The notes: generated by a model from the letters alone, not told the origin. Positions 12,131-24,480 are shown, numbered from the whole stretch's first letter. The stretch is 63,870 nucleotides of DNA, filler included, from Octopus bimaculoides (GCF_001194135.2; 5 parts of 3 records of this genome joined end to end with filler, not necessarily neighbours in it), one strand, 5' to 3'. Made by a program: numbers and translations.

Positions 12131-12479
12131 AGTTAGTATATGTGGTGCAGCGTGACGATATAGGAATGTTGTTTTTGTAGTTCTGGAATAGAAGGAATAA
12201 GTAAAGTGGGACATTGTGAAGAAGGGCAGGGACATCAAGTAGTTTTAAGGAGTAGCAAACAGTTTACTAGTTCAGAGAAACAGAAGTTATTGCAGTAGTA
12301 GAAAAGATATAGAAATGGTACATGCATGATCTAGAGGTTGCAGTAGGTTGTTAAGATAATCTTCTCCAATCTTCCAGGTGGCTTTCTTTGAAAACGCAAA
12401 AATGTTCATGTTTTATGGAAGCAGAACCATTCCATTAGAGTACTGCAGTACTAATTTTGTTAAGACTCATCTAATTAGT

Positions 12480-13745
12480 CAATTAGCTTGAAACTAGTAT
12501 AACTGTGGCACTACTGTACATCCTCTGAGATTTTCTAACAGCATATGCTGATACTATTTCATCAGTTATTTCAAGTAACATTTCCAGCACTAACCAATTA
12601 ATTAAATTTACTAATTTATATGACATTTATGTATCCTCGTGCTTTCAACTGTTCAGTAAATATCCCCTTCGCTATCTTTCTCACTATACTGAGACTAACC
12701 TTAGTAGATGGTCTCTTTGTAGATCCTAACTATCTTTCAAATATTCTTTTGGAACTTTTCATTATGTACTCCTCTACCTGTTTCATTTCACTGTCATTGG
12801 AGAGTAAATGTGCCAGTATCATTCTAGAACCATTTTTTTCCCTGTTGACATTACCTTTTAGTCTGAAATACTTCATACCTCTTATCTCTATGATCAAAAT
12901 AGTGATAAATATCCTGCTCTCAACCTTCTTGACATTAAAGGCAGTGAACTGGCAGAATTTTTAGCACATCAGGCAAAATGCTTAGTAGCATTTCACCCAT
13001 CTTTACATTCTGAGTTCAAATTCCGCTGAGATCAACTCTTCTTTTTATCCTTTTGGAGTTGATAAAATAAGTACTAGTTGAACACTGGAGTCAATGTAAT
13101 CGACTTACTCGTTCTTGAAATTGCCTGCCTTCAGCTAAAATTTGAAACCTTTCTGACATTATTCCTCCTGCTTAGTTTCTTGGTGTCTTTCTTTGCTTCC
13201 CACATTTTTTAATTCTTCTCAGGCTAATCACTTAGTTCTAATAATGCTATTCACATGCTTCATTATCCATAGACCTTTTTTGTGACTGGCAACAGGTTGT
13301 CTTTGAAGAAGTCTCAGTTTTCTCTCATATACTTCTCTATTTCTTTCTTTTTTAAATAGGTGACATCTTGTACAAATTAGAAATTTGACATAACAGGAGG
13401 CTTCCATATTTTCCTTACCTTAGAAGTCATTTCATGAGCTATTTGGTTGCATGATTTGATAAAAATCACAACCAAATTTCTTTTACATTGCACCCTACCT
13501 TCTTCTTCAAGTGCCTTCTATACAGGCAATGGATTTCCATGCCTTACTGTCCCTCAGACATCTTAACATGTCATTGTGCATTGAATCAGTCTTCGTGAAG
13601 CTAGCTCCTAAGCCACTGAGTATCTCCTATTTTTGTACTTTTCAGTTACTTCTTTTCATTTCCTTTGTTGTCACCAAATGCTCAAGGCTTCTTTTCCTTT
13701 TCTTGACATCCCAGTCAACTTTGTGTGTTGCCTCCTTATGTTGTT
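12480..13745 (-). mobile_element. Decayed RTE ORF2 (late APE and linker region), interrupted by a SINE
   Basis: LVV(C)DF, KVRKIWKP, DFFKDNLLPVTKKVYG, KMWEAKK and VLEML loosely follow the RTE ORF2 order; same strand as 11327-12130. Confidence 0.5.
12940..13148 (+). mobile_element. SINE family A nested in the RTE relic
   Basis: GGCAGTGAACTGGCAGAA..CTGAGTTCAAATTCCGCTGAG..GATAAAATAAGTAC..GTAATCGACTTAC. Confidence 0.85.
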
Positions 13746-13767
13746 GAGAAATTTTCTGGGGTTTTAT

Positions 13768-13976
13768 TTAACCCTTTAGTATTTAAGCCAGCCATATCTG
13801 GCCAAAATATTCTACCTGTTTTATGTTCAAACTGACCAGATATAACTTCATACACCTATCCAGCACAATCACATCATTGAAATATTGAAGCCATGAGACA
13901 ATACATGATTAATTCAAAACAATGTAAATAAATAAACATTATATTTGACAGAATAATCTGAAAACTAAAGGGTTAA
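13768..13976. mobile_element. piggyBac-type non-autonomous element (MITE), 201 bp between TTAA sites
   Basis: TTAA|CCCTTTAG (13768-13779) and CTAAAGGG|TTAA (13965-13976) form a perfect inverted pair; a TTAA duplication with CCC..GGG ends is the piggyBac signature; partial second copy at about 16632-16710. Confidence 0.85.
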
Positions 13977-14339
13977 AGACCTTCTTATTTGCCATTCTGA
14001 TCTGCAGAGGATACCTCTACCATTCATTTAATGAATCATGTCTCTGCAGAAATGATAAGCTTTTATATCTTACCATCTTTAATAAAATAAAAACAGAAAC
14101 ATAGATATTGGTTGGAATGCTTTTGATTATAGATCTGCTCAATCTAGGTTGAACTGGTGACTAAACAACAACAATATGCTATTTTATACTTATCTTCCTC
14201 ACTTACACCAGATGTCACTAATTAGTAATCTATGTTAAAGTAGCACAATTCTCACAGGGCATGCTTTTGATACTCATAGTCATGTGTCTTTTCTTAAGAT
14301 AAAGTCATGTTTGCTCTCCCGCATCATAATCATCACCCC

Positions 14340-14520
14340 ACTACCATCATCATCATCATCATCATCATTTAACATCAAGCTTCCATGCTGGTGTCGGATG
14401 GACAATTTGACAGGAGCTGGTAAGCCAAAGGACCAGGCTCTGTCTGTTTTAAGCATGGTTTTACAAGTAGATGCCCTTCCTAATATCAGTCACTATATTG
14501 AATGGAGTGGTTGTTTTTAG
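14340..14520 (-). mobile_element. RTE 3' UTR fragment with (CAT)n tail
   Basis: CATCATCATTTAACATC..TTCCATGCTGG..GGATGGACAATTTGAC..GATGCCCTTCCTAA. Confidence 0.75.
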
Positions 14521-15509
14521 ATAATGAATTGCTTTATGACACTTCAAGAACCTAAAGTCCAATGCTTTTACTTAGATGTTAGGCCAATCCTCTTACTTAG
14601 ATGTAAAAATTCATCTGAGTAATGTCACAGTCATTCTAGATTCAAAAGTCTAGTTCTCTCATAAGTCCAACTCTAAGCATTGCTGAATAGTACTGCTTAT
14701 ATAGTCTTGCTAAATGGCCTTGCTAAATGGCTTGCACTAGCACATGGATCACATGACTGTCCAAGTATGTCAAACTTTCCACAACAGGAATGTTACGTCT
14801 CTCCTTTCTTTCTTTCATAACAGATAAGGGAAAACTCATAATGTTTGGGCATGGATTAGTTTTCAAACTCATCTGTTGCTGAAGATACCAGCTGCACACA
14901 TTAAGGCCAGCTACACTCGTTGTATAACTCAAATGGCTCCACACATATTAAATGTAAACACAAACTCAATGTAAACACAACCAACTTGGGGTTATACAAT
15001 CCAACAGTTGACATATAAAGAAGTAGATGCATCCCAAACAGAGTCACACAGACCAAATAATGTCACAAAGTATGAAACAACCCAAATGGAGTTACATGCA
15101 CCAATCCCCCATCTCCTCCTCATTGTTGTTGCTGCTGTGGCTGTCACAGCCACTGCCACCACCACTAACACAGGTGGAACACAGTAGTGACTTATAAGCC
15201 TTTAATATACATGATAGCACGATATGGTTCTATATTAAAATATGATGACCCAACCAGTAATTAATATGTACATACCAGTTGCCAAGAGGAATGTGTTTTA
15301 CATGTAAAATTGGTATATTCAATTGTTACACCACTATATTTGGTGACTATTTAAGCAAGGTGTTCATGGATGGTTAGTCGGTTGGAAGTGGTGCTGAAGA
15401 AAGAATAAGAACTTCTGAAATATGTGTATCCACCCATTACGCATTCTTCTATTTTTGATCGCATTATTTATGCAGTAATAGTACATGAAACATCATAACT
15501 TCCATTGCT

Positions 15510-15735
15510 GAATCTAGTTTCTACAGAAAACCAGCAGAGATAATCTAAAAACTCTCATATAACTTCTTGAAAAACACATATTATTTGTTGTTGCTTCTTA
15601 AAAAAAAAAAACATTGTACAATGTAGTCTGGGATACACTATATCTGAAAACAAAGATGGGTTGGTCATAACTGGAATGCCTTTGATTATAGGTCTTCTCA
15701 GTCAGTGCTGACTTATAGCTAGAGAACAACAAAAC
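15510..15735 (+). mobile_element. Family D repeat
   Basis: ATGTAGTCTGGGATACACTATATC..GATGGGTTGGTCATAACTGGAATGCCTTTGATTATAGGTC. Confidence 0.7.
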
Positions 15736-15879
15736 AATCAAAATGCATCATGATGTTGAAATAATTTTAAGAAAGTGATGTATCTATGACATTAATAAGA
15801 TACAATAGAGGTCCATGAAACTAAAATGGTTGCAGGACGCTATCTACAGTGCATGATACTGCATCTAATATTCATATAC

Positions 15880-16150
15880 TGTTGTGTGTGTGTGTGTGAA
15901 TGTATGCATGTGTGCCTCTGTGTGTATATGCATGTATGTGTGTGTGTATCTGTGTGTGTCTGTGATTGTATATATGTAATGTGTGTGTATGTATGTGTGT
16001 CTGTGTATGCCTGCATATATATATGCCTGTATGTATGTATATGCATGTATGTACGTTAGTATGTATGTTTGTATGTATGTACACATGTGTGCATGTGCGT
16101 GTATGAGTGTATGCAAGTGTTTGTATGCAAGCATATGTGTGTATGATTAT
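15880..16150. repeat. Compound (TG)n/(TGTA)n microsatellite
   Basis: Read directly; source of the spurious CVCV/HTHT ORFs. Confidence 0.95.
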
Positions 16151-16899
16151 GTGCACGTGTCTTTATTTCGTTGTCTATATTTTACCTATTTTCAACATTA
16201 TATCTTTCTTTTCTTTTCAATATTCCTTAACCCATTTTGAGTTTATCTACGTTTTTTAGAGAGTGTCTAATGCAAATTACATTTCAGATAAATGACACAT
16301 TGTACAGAATCTATATATTTTAAAAGAATTGCTACAAAAATACCAAATTCGTGATAGTGCTATCATAAAATCTATTTAACCTAAATGTCATTATAAAAAA
16401 AGAATAAAATAAACTAAAAAAATATTATTAATAAACATAAAAATGCATATGCTCACACGTAATATAGTAGCATATTATATAAGGATAGTGAGATGGTTGG
16501 ATTATAATGATTGATAACAAACAAGTCAGTAGATCTAATATTAAAGTGCTAGTACACACATCCCCTGTACTACTAATTTAGTATTAGAAAGCTTCTGAAC
16601 AGATGTGATGCCAGAGTTGGAATGCTCTAATCGCATCCAGCCAAAATATTCTGCCTCTTTTATGTTCAAACTAGCCAAGTCCAACATCTCACACTTGCCC
16701 TACAATGTCATTCTAGCACAGATTGGGGTATCAGCAATGTGAAATTAAGTGCCTTGTCCAAGGACATATTATATTTCCTGGTCAAGGAATTAAGCCTACA
16801 ATCTTAAGATCATGCACTCAACATTCAAACCTGTGGTCCACCTATCTTCACTATTACTTATAACTTTGTAAGGCTCATTTCATTGACTAACTTGACCAT

Positions 16900-17150
16900 C
16901 ATCTTCCTCATTAGCATCAGTTAATGCCCATTTTCCATGCTGGCATGGGTTATACAGTTTGACTGAGACTGGTAAGCCGGAGAGCTGAACCAGGTCCCAT
17001 TGTTTTTGGCTTAGTTTCTACAGCTGGATGCCCTTCTTAAGACCAACAACTTTATAGAGTGTACTGGGCGTTTTTTTTAGCAGCATAGGTGCCTTTTATA
17101 TGTCACCAACACGGGTAATGATCACGATTCACTTAGCTTGATGTATATTA
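16900..17150 (-). mobile_element. RTE 3' UTR fragment
   Basis: TTTTCCATGCTGGCATGGGTT..CAGTTTGAC..GCTGGATGCCCTTC. Confidence 0.75.
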
Positions 17151-17356
17151 CCAATATAATGCAATATTTTTGGATTGTTACTACTCTGTTGAAGGATTAC
17201 TTCCTGTAACATTGCTTTTTATGAGGTATTCACAAAGCAGTAAATCAATTTCTCCTCAACTGGAGGTTTTCTCATTGACATTATTCTCCAGTTCAGTAGC
17301 ACAGGACAATGCAAAACTCATCAGTTTTATGTATCTCCAGCTGCTTACACCACTAG

Positions 17357-17765
17357 TTCCTGTTGGAATGTGGTGGTTTATGTACCTCAATGACCCTAAG
17401 AGCTATGTCAGTGGAGCACATGCTCCTGGTAGGGCCCCCTATTTTGAATAGGTCGAAGGAAAGAAGTCAGACTAATAGGAATCATGTCTTCCTAAAGGTA
17501 AAAAAGGGGTTTGTGAAGTGCCAACACCCCTACCAAAGTAAAAAGCAAAATTACTGAAGCATTGACAATTCAAAACCAACATGACATGGGAGAGGAAGGT
17601 CTTCCCCCAGGGGAAATATACGCAGGAGACAGATGCAGAGCTGAAAAAGCAGGGATCCAGATGGAGAGAAGCAGAAAAGATTGCCAGAAGTGAAAAACAA
17701 AGGAAAAAAATTATTGATAGCTTATTCTCCATCAGGAGTGAAGGGTTTAAATAGGTAAAGTAATA
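17357..17765 (+). mobile_element. Internally deleted RTE (Expander/BovB-like) mini-element: 5' leader joined to the ORF2 C-terminus
   Basis: 5' block ATGACCCTAAGAGCTATG..GCTCCTGGTAGGGCC..AGGTCGAAGG..AGTCAGACTAA recalls RTE 5' ends; from 17581 MTWERKVFPQGKYTQETDAELKKQGSRWREAEKIARSEKQRKKIIDSLFSIRSEGFK* recalls the last RTE ORF2 residues. Confidence 0.7.
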
Positions 17766-18049
17766 CTGCATTGAACTATAATAACCTGTGGTATCTATAT
17801 AATAATCTGTGGAGAATTAAGTATCTTGATTATAGTCATAATATATTTGTGGCAAGAAGATTCAAATTACTGGCTTTTCTTTTGTTTGACCAGTGCTCTA
17901 TATTCCTCAAGCCTCTTACCTCAACCAAAGCTAAATAATCTACATTGCAATGGGAAAATATAGTATATCTAATCATCCACATGATATGTGATTATATGGC
18001 TTGCATGGTACAATAAATCTGAGAGTGATGCTATCTAGAAATTATTAAG

Positions 18050-18620
18050 CTTGTTAGGGTTCCTGTAGCAGTTAGTCAAGGAAGAGACTCCAGACTTAAC
18101 ATGACCATTTTCACTTCATGACCCCAGCAGTAAAGCAAATAGATACCAGTTGAAAATAGTGGTTAATCCGAATGACATTTGAACTGGTAAAGGAGGGCAA
18201 TACCATATTGAATGGTTAAGAAGGCACCACTTGAGTCTACATCTGTATCAGCAGCAGTTCATTGCAATTTTATCACCTGTGCCTCATTCTACTTGTGCCA
18301 CAGAGAACAGTCCTGAAACCAAAATGTGTGGGGTACCCTCTGGCAAGTTCAGATCTACTGTAAACAAATCTATGCCCTTGGCATTTCTTTTTGCTCATAT
18401 TTCCTTTAGCAGAGAGAAATTGAAATCCTCAGACCCAAGAAGCCACTGATAATATATTAATGCAAGGCCTTAGGAGAAAGTCAAAGAAAGGAATAAATAC
18501 GTAGTGAATCTTTTGATAGAGGAAAGCTGAGAATGAGCTAACATAAGAATAACAGAATGTTCTACCACTTGATTGTTCTTGTAAATATAATATTTCCTCC
18601 ATACATGTTGTTTTCATAAT
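18050..18620 (+). mobile_element. Possible very old CR1-group RT relic
   Basis: LVPQRTVL (about GVPQGTVL) followed by FLFAH (about LFADD) at plausible spacing; weak. Confidence 0.3.
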
Positions 18621-20712
18621 ATACTGCTAAAATATGGAAATTTCTGCAAATATTTTGTTAGAAGATGCAATTAACCACACAGATGATAAATTTTACATAA
18701 GGAAATTCGGTCTGTAATATTCCAGGTTAAAAGATCAACAGATGAAATAAGAATAGCTACGAGTCACTTTCTCTCGTGCTGTGTATTCTTTTTTCCTTCT
18801 TCTCTCCTTTGAAAATAACCAATGGAATAACTGAATTCTGATTACACAAATGCCAACATACATTTCTAAAAGTCTTTCGTTCCCTGTATTTTCTGCTGCC
18901 AATTGTTCCAAACAAAATTATATGTGAGAAACTATAAACAAATAACAGTTTACAATATCTATTCAATAGAAAAAAAAAATCGTCAACTTTCCGGTAGTAT
19001 TTATTTTTGTCAGACCAGAAAGCAGTGCTATTTTATGCAACGTAACTTGATGCAACAGCTTACCGTACTTTTTTTGTTTGTTTTTATTTTGCACTTGTAT
19101 TGTCCTTTTTGTCATTGATTTTCCAACATTATTGTACATATGTTTTTGTTGCTTGTTGATGCTATTGATTTTTCTTCTTATTGTTACTGTTTACTTAATC
19201 ATATAAATGAAAATTTCTTGAGTTTGTTCATATGTTGTTGTTTAGATTTTTTCATATTAATGTTTTTAATATCATTACACTTTTAGGTTATTATTTACTT
19301 TGTTGTAATTATTGTGTTGTTATTTATTTTGTTTTTACAGATTCCTCTTTGATAAGTTTTCTTTTTCTTTTTTCTTTCTTTCTTTTTTTTTTTTTTTTTT
19401 CNNNNNNNNNNNNNNNNNNNNNNNNNNNNNNNNNNNNNNNNNNNNNNNNNNNNNNNNNNNNNNNNNNNNNNNNNNNNNNNNNNNNNNNNNNNNNNNNNNN
19501 NNNNNNNNNNNNNNNNNNNNNNNNNNNNNNNNNNNNNNNNNNNNNNNNNNNNNNNNNNNNNNNNNNNNNNNNNNNNNNNNNNNNNNNNNNNNNNNNNNNN
19601 NNNNNNNNNNNNNNNNNNNNNNNNNNNNNNNNNNNNNNNNNNNNNNNNNNNNNNNNNNNNNNNNNNNNNNNNNNNNNNNNNNNNNNNNNNNNNNNNNNNN
19701 NNNNNNNNNNNNNNNNNNNNNNNNNNNNNNNNNNNNNNNNNNNNNNNNNNNNNNNNNNNNNNNNNNNNNNNNNNNNNNNNNNNNNNNNNNNNNNNNNNNN
19801 NNNNNNNNNNNNNNNNNNNNNNNNNNNNNNNNNNNNNNNNNNNNNNNNNNNNNNNNNNNNNNNNNNNNNNNNNNNNNNNNNNNNNNNNNNNNNNNNNNNN
19901 NNNNNNNNNNNNNNNNNNNNNNNNNNNNNNNNNNNNNNNNNNNNNNNNNNNNNNNNNNNNNNNNNNNNNNNNNNNNNNNNNNNNNNNNNNNNNNNNNNNN
20001 NNNNNNNNNNNNNNNNNNNNNNNNNNNNNNNNNNNNNNNNCCGATCTTGTATGTATGTATGTGTGTGTGTGCATGTACATGTTTGTGTGTTATAGGAGGA
20101 TCTGAATTACATTCTTTATTAAATTCAGTTGGCTTAGATTCGTTCGAAATATTTCTATCCATGAAGTTTCCAGTCTTTCTAAAACTTACTCAGAAAAGTT
20201 TTTTCTGCCCCATTGTCACTATCCATTCTCTTTAAGAATTCACTGTTTTCCAAAGAATGTCTCATATCAAAAGCTCTTCTGTAGCTCCATGTTGTGGATG
20301 TTACCATCTTACAAGAAAGAATTGTTTAAAGAATACTGTTGTTGTAAGTTCAGATTTTTGTCAACCATTCTTCTTAACATGTTTAATGAATTGAGCTTCA
20401 ACAAAATATTGGGTTAAATATCTAAAACTCTTCTTATCTATCTACTTTTTTTGCCATAGGCTTGCTCAATAATTATTGTTAAAATTAGTTATCAACAGAC
20501 ACACTAAACAACAGCAATAACAGTAAGACAGCAAAAGAGCCTCTATATTGTCTTTTGAGCAACTAGAAACGGCATCCTAATCCCCTTAATATAACATTCA
20601 ATAGGCTGTTACAAAAGAAAAGAAATACATTACATAATGTTTGTGGTGCTTGTTTATAACTAGCCTGTGATATCAAGATAAGGTCACACACACATACACA
20701 CACACACATACA

Positions 20713-20755
<43 letters not shown>

Positions 20756-20855
20756 NNNNNNNNNNNNNNNNNNNNNNNNNNNNNNNNNNNNNNNNNNNNT
20801 TAATTAATTAANNNNNNNNNNNNNNNNNNNNNNNNNNNNNNNNNNNNNNNNNNNN
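20756..20855. other. Artificial scaffold-join spacer
   Basis: Exactly 44 N + TTAATTAATTAA (20800-20811) + 44 N; the 12-mer is palindromic with stops in all six frames. Confidence 0.95.
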
Positions 20856-21082
20856 TTCACCACAACTTTCTCTCACTCTTACTTCCTGTTTCTGTTGTGC
20901 CTGTAATTCAAAGGGTCAGCCTTGTCACACTCTGTGTCACGCTGAATATCCCCCGAGAACTACGTTAAGGGTACACATGTCTGTGGAGTGCTCAGCCACT
21001 TGCACGTTAATTTCACGAGCAGGCTGTTCCGTTGATCGGATCAACTGGAACCCTCGACGTCGTAAGCAACGGAGTGCCAACA
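20856..21082 (+). mobile_element. SINE family C 3' module with the alternative upstream segment
   Basis: TTTCACCACAACTTTCTCTCACTC..TTCAAAGGG..GTCACACTCTGTGTCACGCTG..GCACGTTAATTTCACGAGCAGGCTGTTCCGTTGATCGGATCAACTGGAACCCTCG..GGAGTGCCA. Confidence 0.9.
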
Positions 21083-21115
<33 letters not shown>

Positions 21116-21804
21116 TGTATGTATGTATGTATGTATGTTCGCAGACGTAGTTTTGTTGTTGAGCCTTAACCTTGTGGCGAACCACCCATCGAGAGATAAT
21201 TTTATGAACAGCCATTCAATCTATTTATCTTTCTTTTACGTGATAAATAAAGTTTTGGTTGATTAAATTACACAGACAGACAGACAGACACACACACATA
21301 CACACGTGCACATGCACATACATATATATGTACATATAATCGAGGAAGAAAATGAATCGAAACGTGTTGTGAGAACCTCCTCTGGCGTTCCACCATAGTT
21401 TATCTTATTCCCAAACTAACGAACTGTGGAACTTCGATGCCTAGAAGATCCTATTTTTGCAGCACCTACTGTTAACAGTTTATTCCCGGGAATAAAAACA
21501 TGAACCACGAGGAAGTTCCAGCGAGTTTATTCGTTGCTCAATTCAAGAAAATTATTTCGAACCCTTTCACGTTCCATAACATTTTGAAGCGGAATAAACC
21601 ATTTATAGCAACAATTCTGTTTTATTTCTAAGCTTTAAGAAAGTAATTCCTTTGCATATCTCGATTAAATATGAAAATCATTCCAATTTTGGTTTTTTTA
21701 AAATCTCGAATCCCTTTTACAATTTTTCAAAAATCGCTGACGCCACACTCATTTTTTATGTACAACTCCGCCGCCCTAAATAGAATGAAAATTGTATTAC
21801 TCTT

Positions 21805-21950
21805 TTACTCTTTTACTTGTTTCAGTCATTTGACTGCGACCATGCTGGAGCACCGCCTTTAGTCGAGCAAATCGACCCCAGGACTTATTCTTTGTACGCC
21901 TAGTACTTATTCTACCGGCCCCTCTTTTGCCGAACCGCTAAGTTACAGGG
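21805..21950 (-). mobile_element. SINE family B 3' end
   Basis: CTTTTACTTGTTTCAGTCATTTGACTGCGACCATGCTGGAGCACCGCC..CGACCCCAGGACTTATTC..GCCGAACCGCTAAGTTAC. Confidence 0.9.
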
Positions 21951-22974
21951 TTTAGTGTCTCTCACGACTGACACCATAGCTCGATAGATCAGTGATTCAG
22001 TTTTGAATGAAATGTCCAAGCTAGAGCTATAATTCTATATATAATAAATATTCACTCTGTCTAATGTACTAAGCTATCTTTTATTTGCTCATAATATTAC
22101 CATGTATGAAAACATATAATATTCACTTTATACACAGACAATGTTTTGTTACTGCACAATCGAGTTCTATGGAGGTATTTATAAATTTGATAATGTGATA
22201 GGTAAGTCCAAAACGATGTTCGTTCGTTTCGTAATTTTCATGTCTAGATTCAATGGAAGCGATGACCAAAATGCCACGTTGTGCTTGCAAGGTAGTCCCG
22301 TGCAATTACTAATGCTTCGCTTGTCGACGTAGCCTGGCGAAGCAAGTTGAGGGTTCGGTTTTCAGAAACAGACTCTGTCTTAGCGCTAAACAGTTATTTC
22401 ACTTCATATGTGGTTGATGTGACTACCCCGGTTTGCTTAACCCAGTTCCATAATTATCATGCAAACTAATGTCATGGGTCTAAATATCTTAACCTACTCT
22501 TAACTATTTATTGAGTACTTCGTGGTGTAATGATTCAGAGTAGATCGTTTGGAATGTGCTATGTACAACAGATGTGTCAAAATCATATTTGCATACACAT
22601 GCATACATACATACATACATACGTACGTACGTACGTTCGTACTTACATACACAAGCGTGCACACACGCACATACACACACATACGCACACATACACTCAC
22701 GTACACGTACATTTATTACATGCTAGCATAGTTGTGTGGTTAAGGTATAACTTTGTGGCAAACCACCCATCGAGGGATAATTTAACGAACAGTCAAGCAG
22801 TTGAATCTATTTATCTTGTATGTAATGAATAAAGTTTTGCTTGATTAAATTTGTTCATATACACATACAGGCACAAATATACCCATATACTCCCCACATA
22901 TATATAATATTCGAATATTCGTACATATATACATATACACACGCACAAACTCTCAAACACACACATATATTCAC

Positions 22975-23090
<116 letters not shown>

Positions 23091-23447
23091 CGTAGATGGA
23101 AATATGGGATTAAGCAGAACGTGTTATGACAACCTCCTAAGGAGTTCCACCAAAATTGCGATTTTCCCAAACTAACTGGCAGTGAGAATATACTGATGGC
23201 AAGAACACCTTACATTTATAGCTCCTACTGTTAACAGTTCAATCCTTGGAGTAAAAGCATGAACCGTGGGGGAGTTCCAAAGACCTTGTTTGTTGTTTAA
23301 GTTAGGAAAACTGAACTGCTGGTCGCCATTTTGAACTTTTCCCCGTTTCATTGCTCAAATATGGAGTAATTTATTCTTAGTTATACTGCTTAGTCTCTGT
23401 CATATTTCACTTTCAAGTACTAGTTTCCCTATCACTGTTATATATAG

Positions 23448-23728
23448 CAACCGTTCCTAACACTTTTGCACCACGGACCGGTTTTACGCAACGCGGTTTT
23501 ACACGGACCGGGGGATTTTGCGCATAATACATAATCTTATTATTACATATATAATACATAGGTATTATATACATAATACACACACACACACAATGTAAAA
23601 ACACCTTATAGATTGCGATAATCAATAGAATAAAAATTAAATTAACACAATTATTATTTCTGTCCGGTTCGAAACTGAATGATCTACAGCCCGGTACTGG
23701 TATGTGGCCTAGTGGCTCGGGATCCCTG
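23448..23728. mobile_element. hAT (Charlie-type, MER1-like ends) non-autonomous element
   Basis: Left end CAACCGTTCCTAACACTTTTGCACCACGGACCGGTTT..TTTACACGGACCGGGGG and right end CCCGGTACTGG..GTGGCTCGGGATCCCTG resemble recalled MER1-type termini; no 8-bp TSD retained. Confidence 0.6.
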
Positions 23729-24334
23729 TCGTAAGGAAACGATACATTTCTATAGTTTTCTGTACCGAGAAATGGGTAAGATTTAAATAATGTTTCTTCT
23801 AAATTCGCTATTGGTAAACTGAAATTCATTTCAGCACGAAGAACTGAAATCAGCATGGTTAATTGATGCACAGACTCACCCTTTAGGTGACTTTATCATT
23901 ACCTGCTCAACCCATCCAAAATATTCGGGGAGGGCCTTGGAGGGTATGTCCTTCCTGCTTTGACTAAAACTTAATATGATATAACATATAGTATAATAAT
24001 TATATGAAGTAAAAACAAACGTACACAACGTAGTCCTGGTGATACGATATGAGGTGCTACCATTGTAGTTGGTTATTTTCTATAGCTTTGTGTTGGCCAA
24101 TTCTCTTGAACTGAAATTATACTAACATGAAAGGGAAAAATAAATATTCTATCTATAACACCGTCTTTCTAATCATGAAAAATCATTCGAAACGAACTGC
24201 AATACAGTCAACAGGTACAATTTGCGTTTACTTAACAATCTCACACAAGTAGAAACCAATATAGTTATTTCTAACACGGACTCAATGCCACAATATTTTA
24301 GTGGAGAATTCTTCGATTAATTTTTTTTTACTCT

Positions 24335-24480
24335 CCAACTTCCTCATTACTTGACTGGTACTTTATTTTATTGTCGTCTAAAGGATGTTCTTTCATCCTT
24401 TAGACGACAATAAAATAAACACCATCAAATTGATTCCGGTGCTGTTTGAACTGAGGAGGTAAACAAAAATACAAGCCATT
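24335..24480 (-). mobile_element. Decayed SINE family A containing a perfect palindrome
   Basis: TTGACTGGTACTTTATTTTAT..AAAGGATG then an inverted copy, then ..TTTGAACTGAG resumes the family body. Confidence 0.65.

Noticed and set aside
14920-15190. Weak periodicity of about 30 bp and a stop-bounded 68-codon frame
   Set aside because: Units are too degenerate to define, and there are no splice or start signals.
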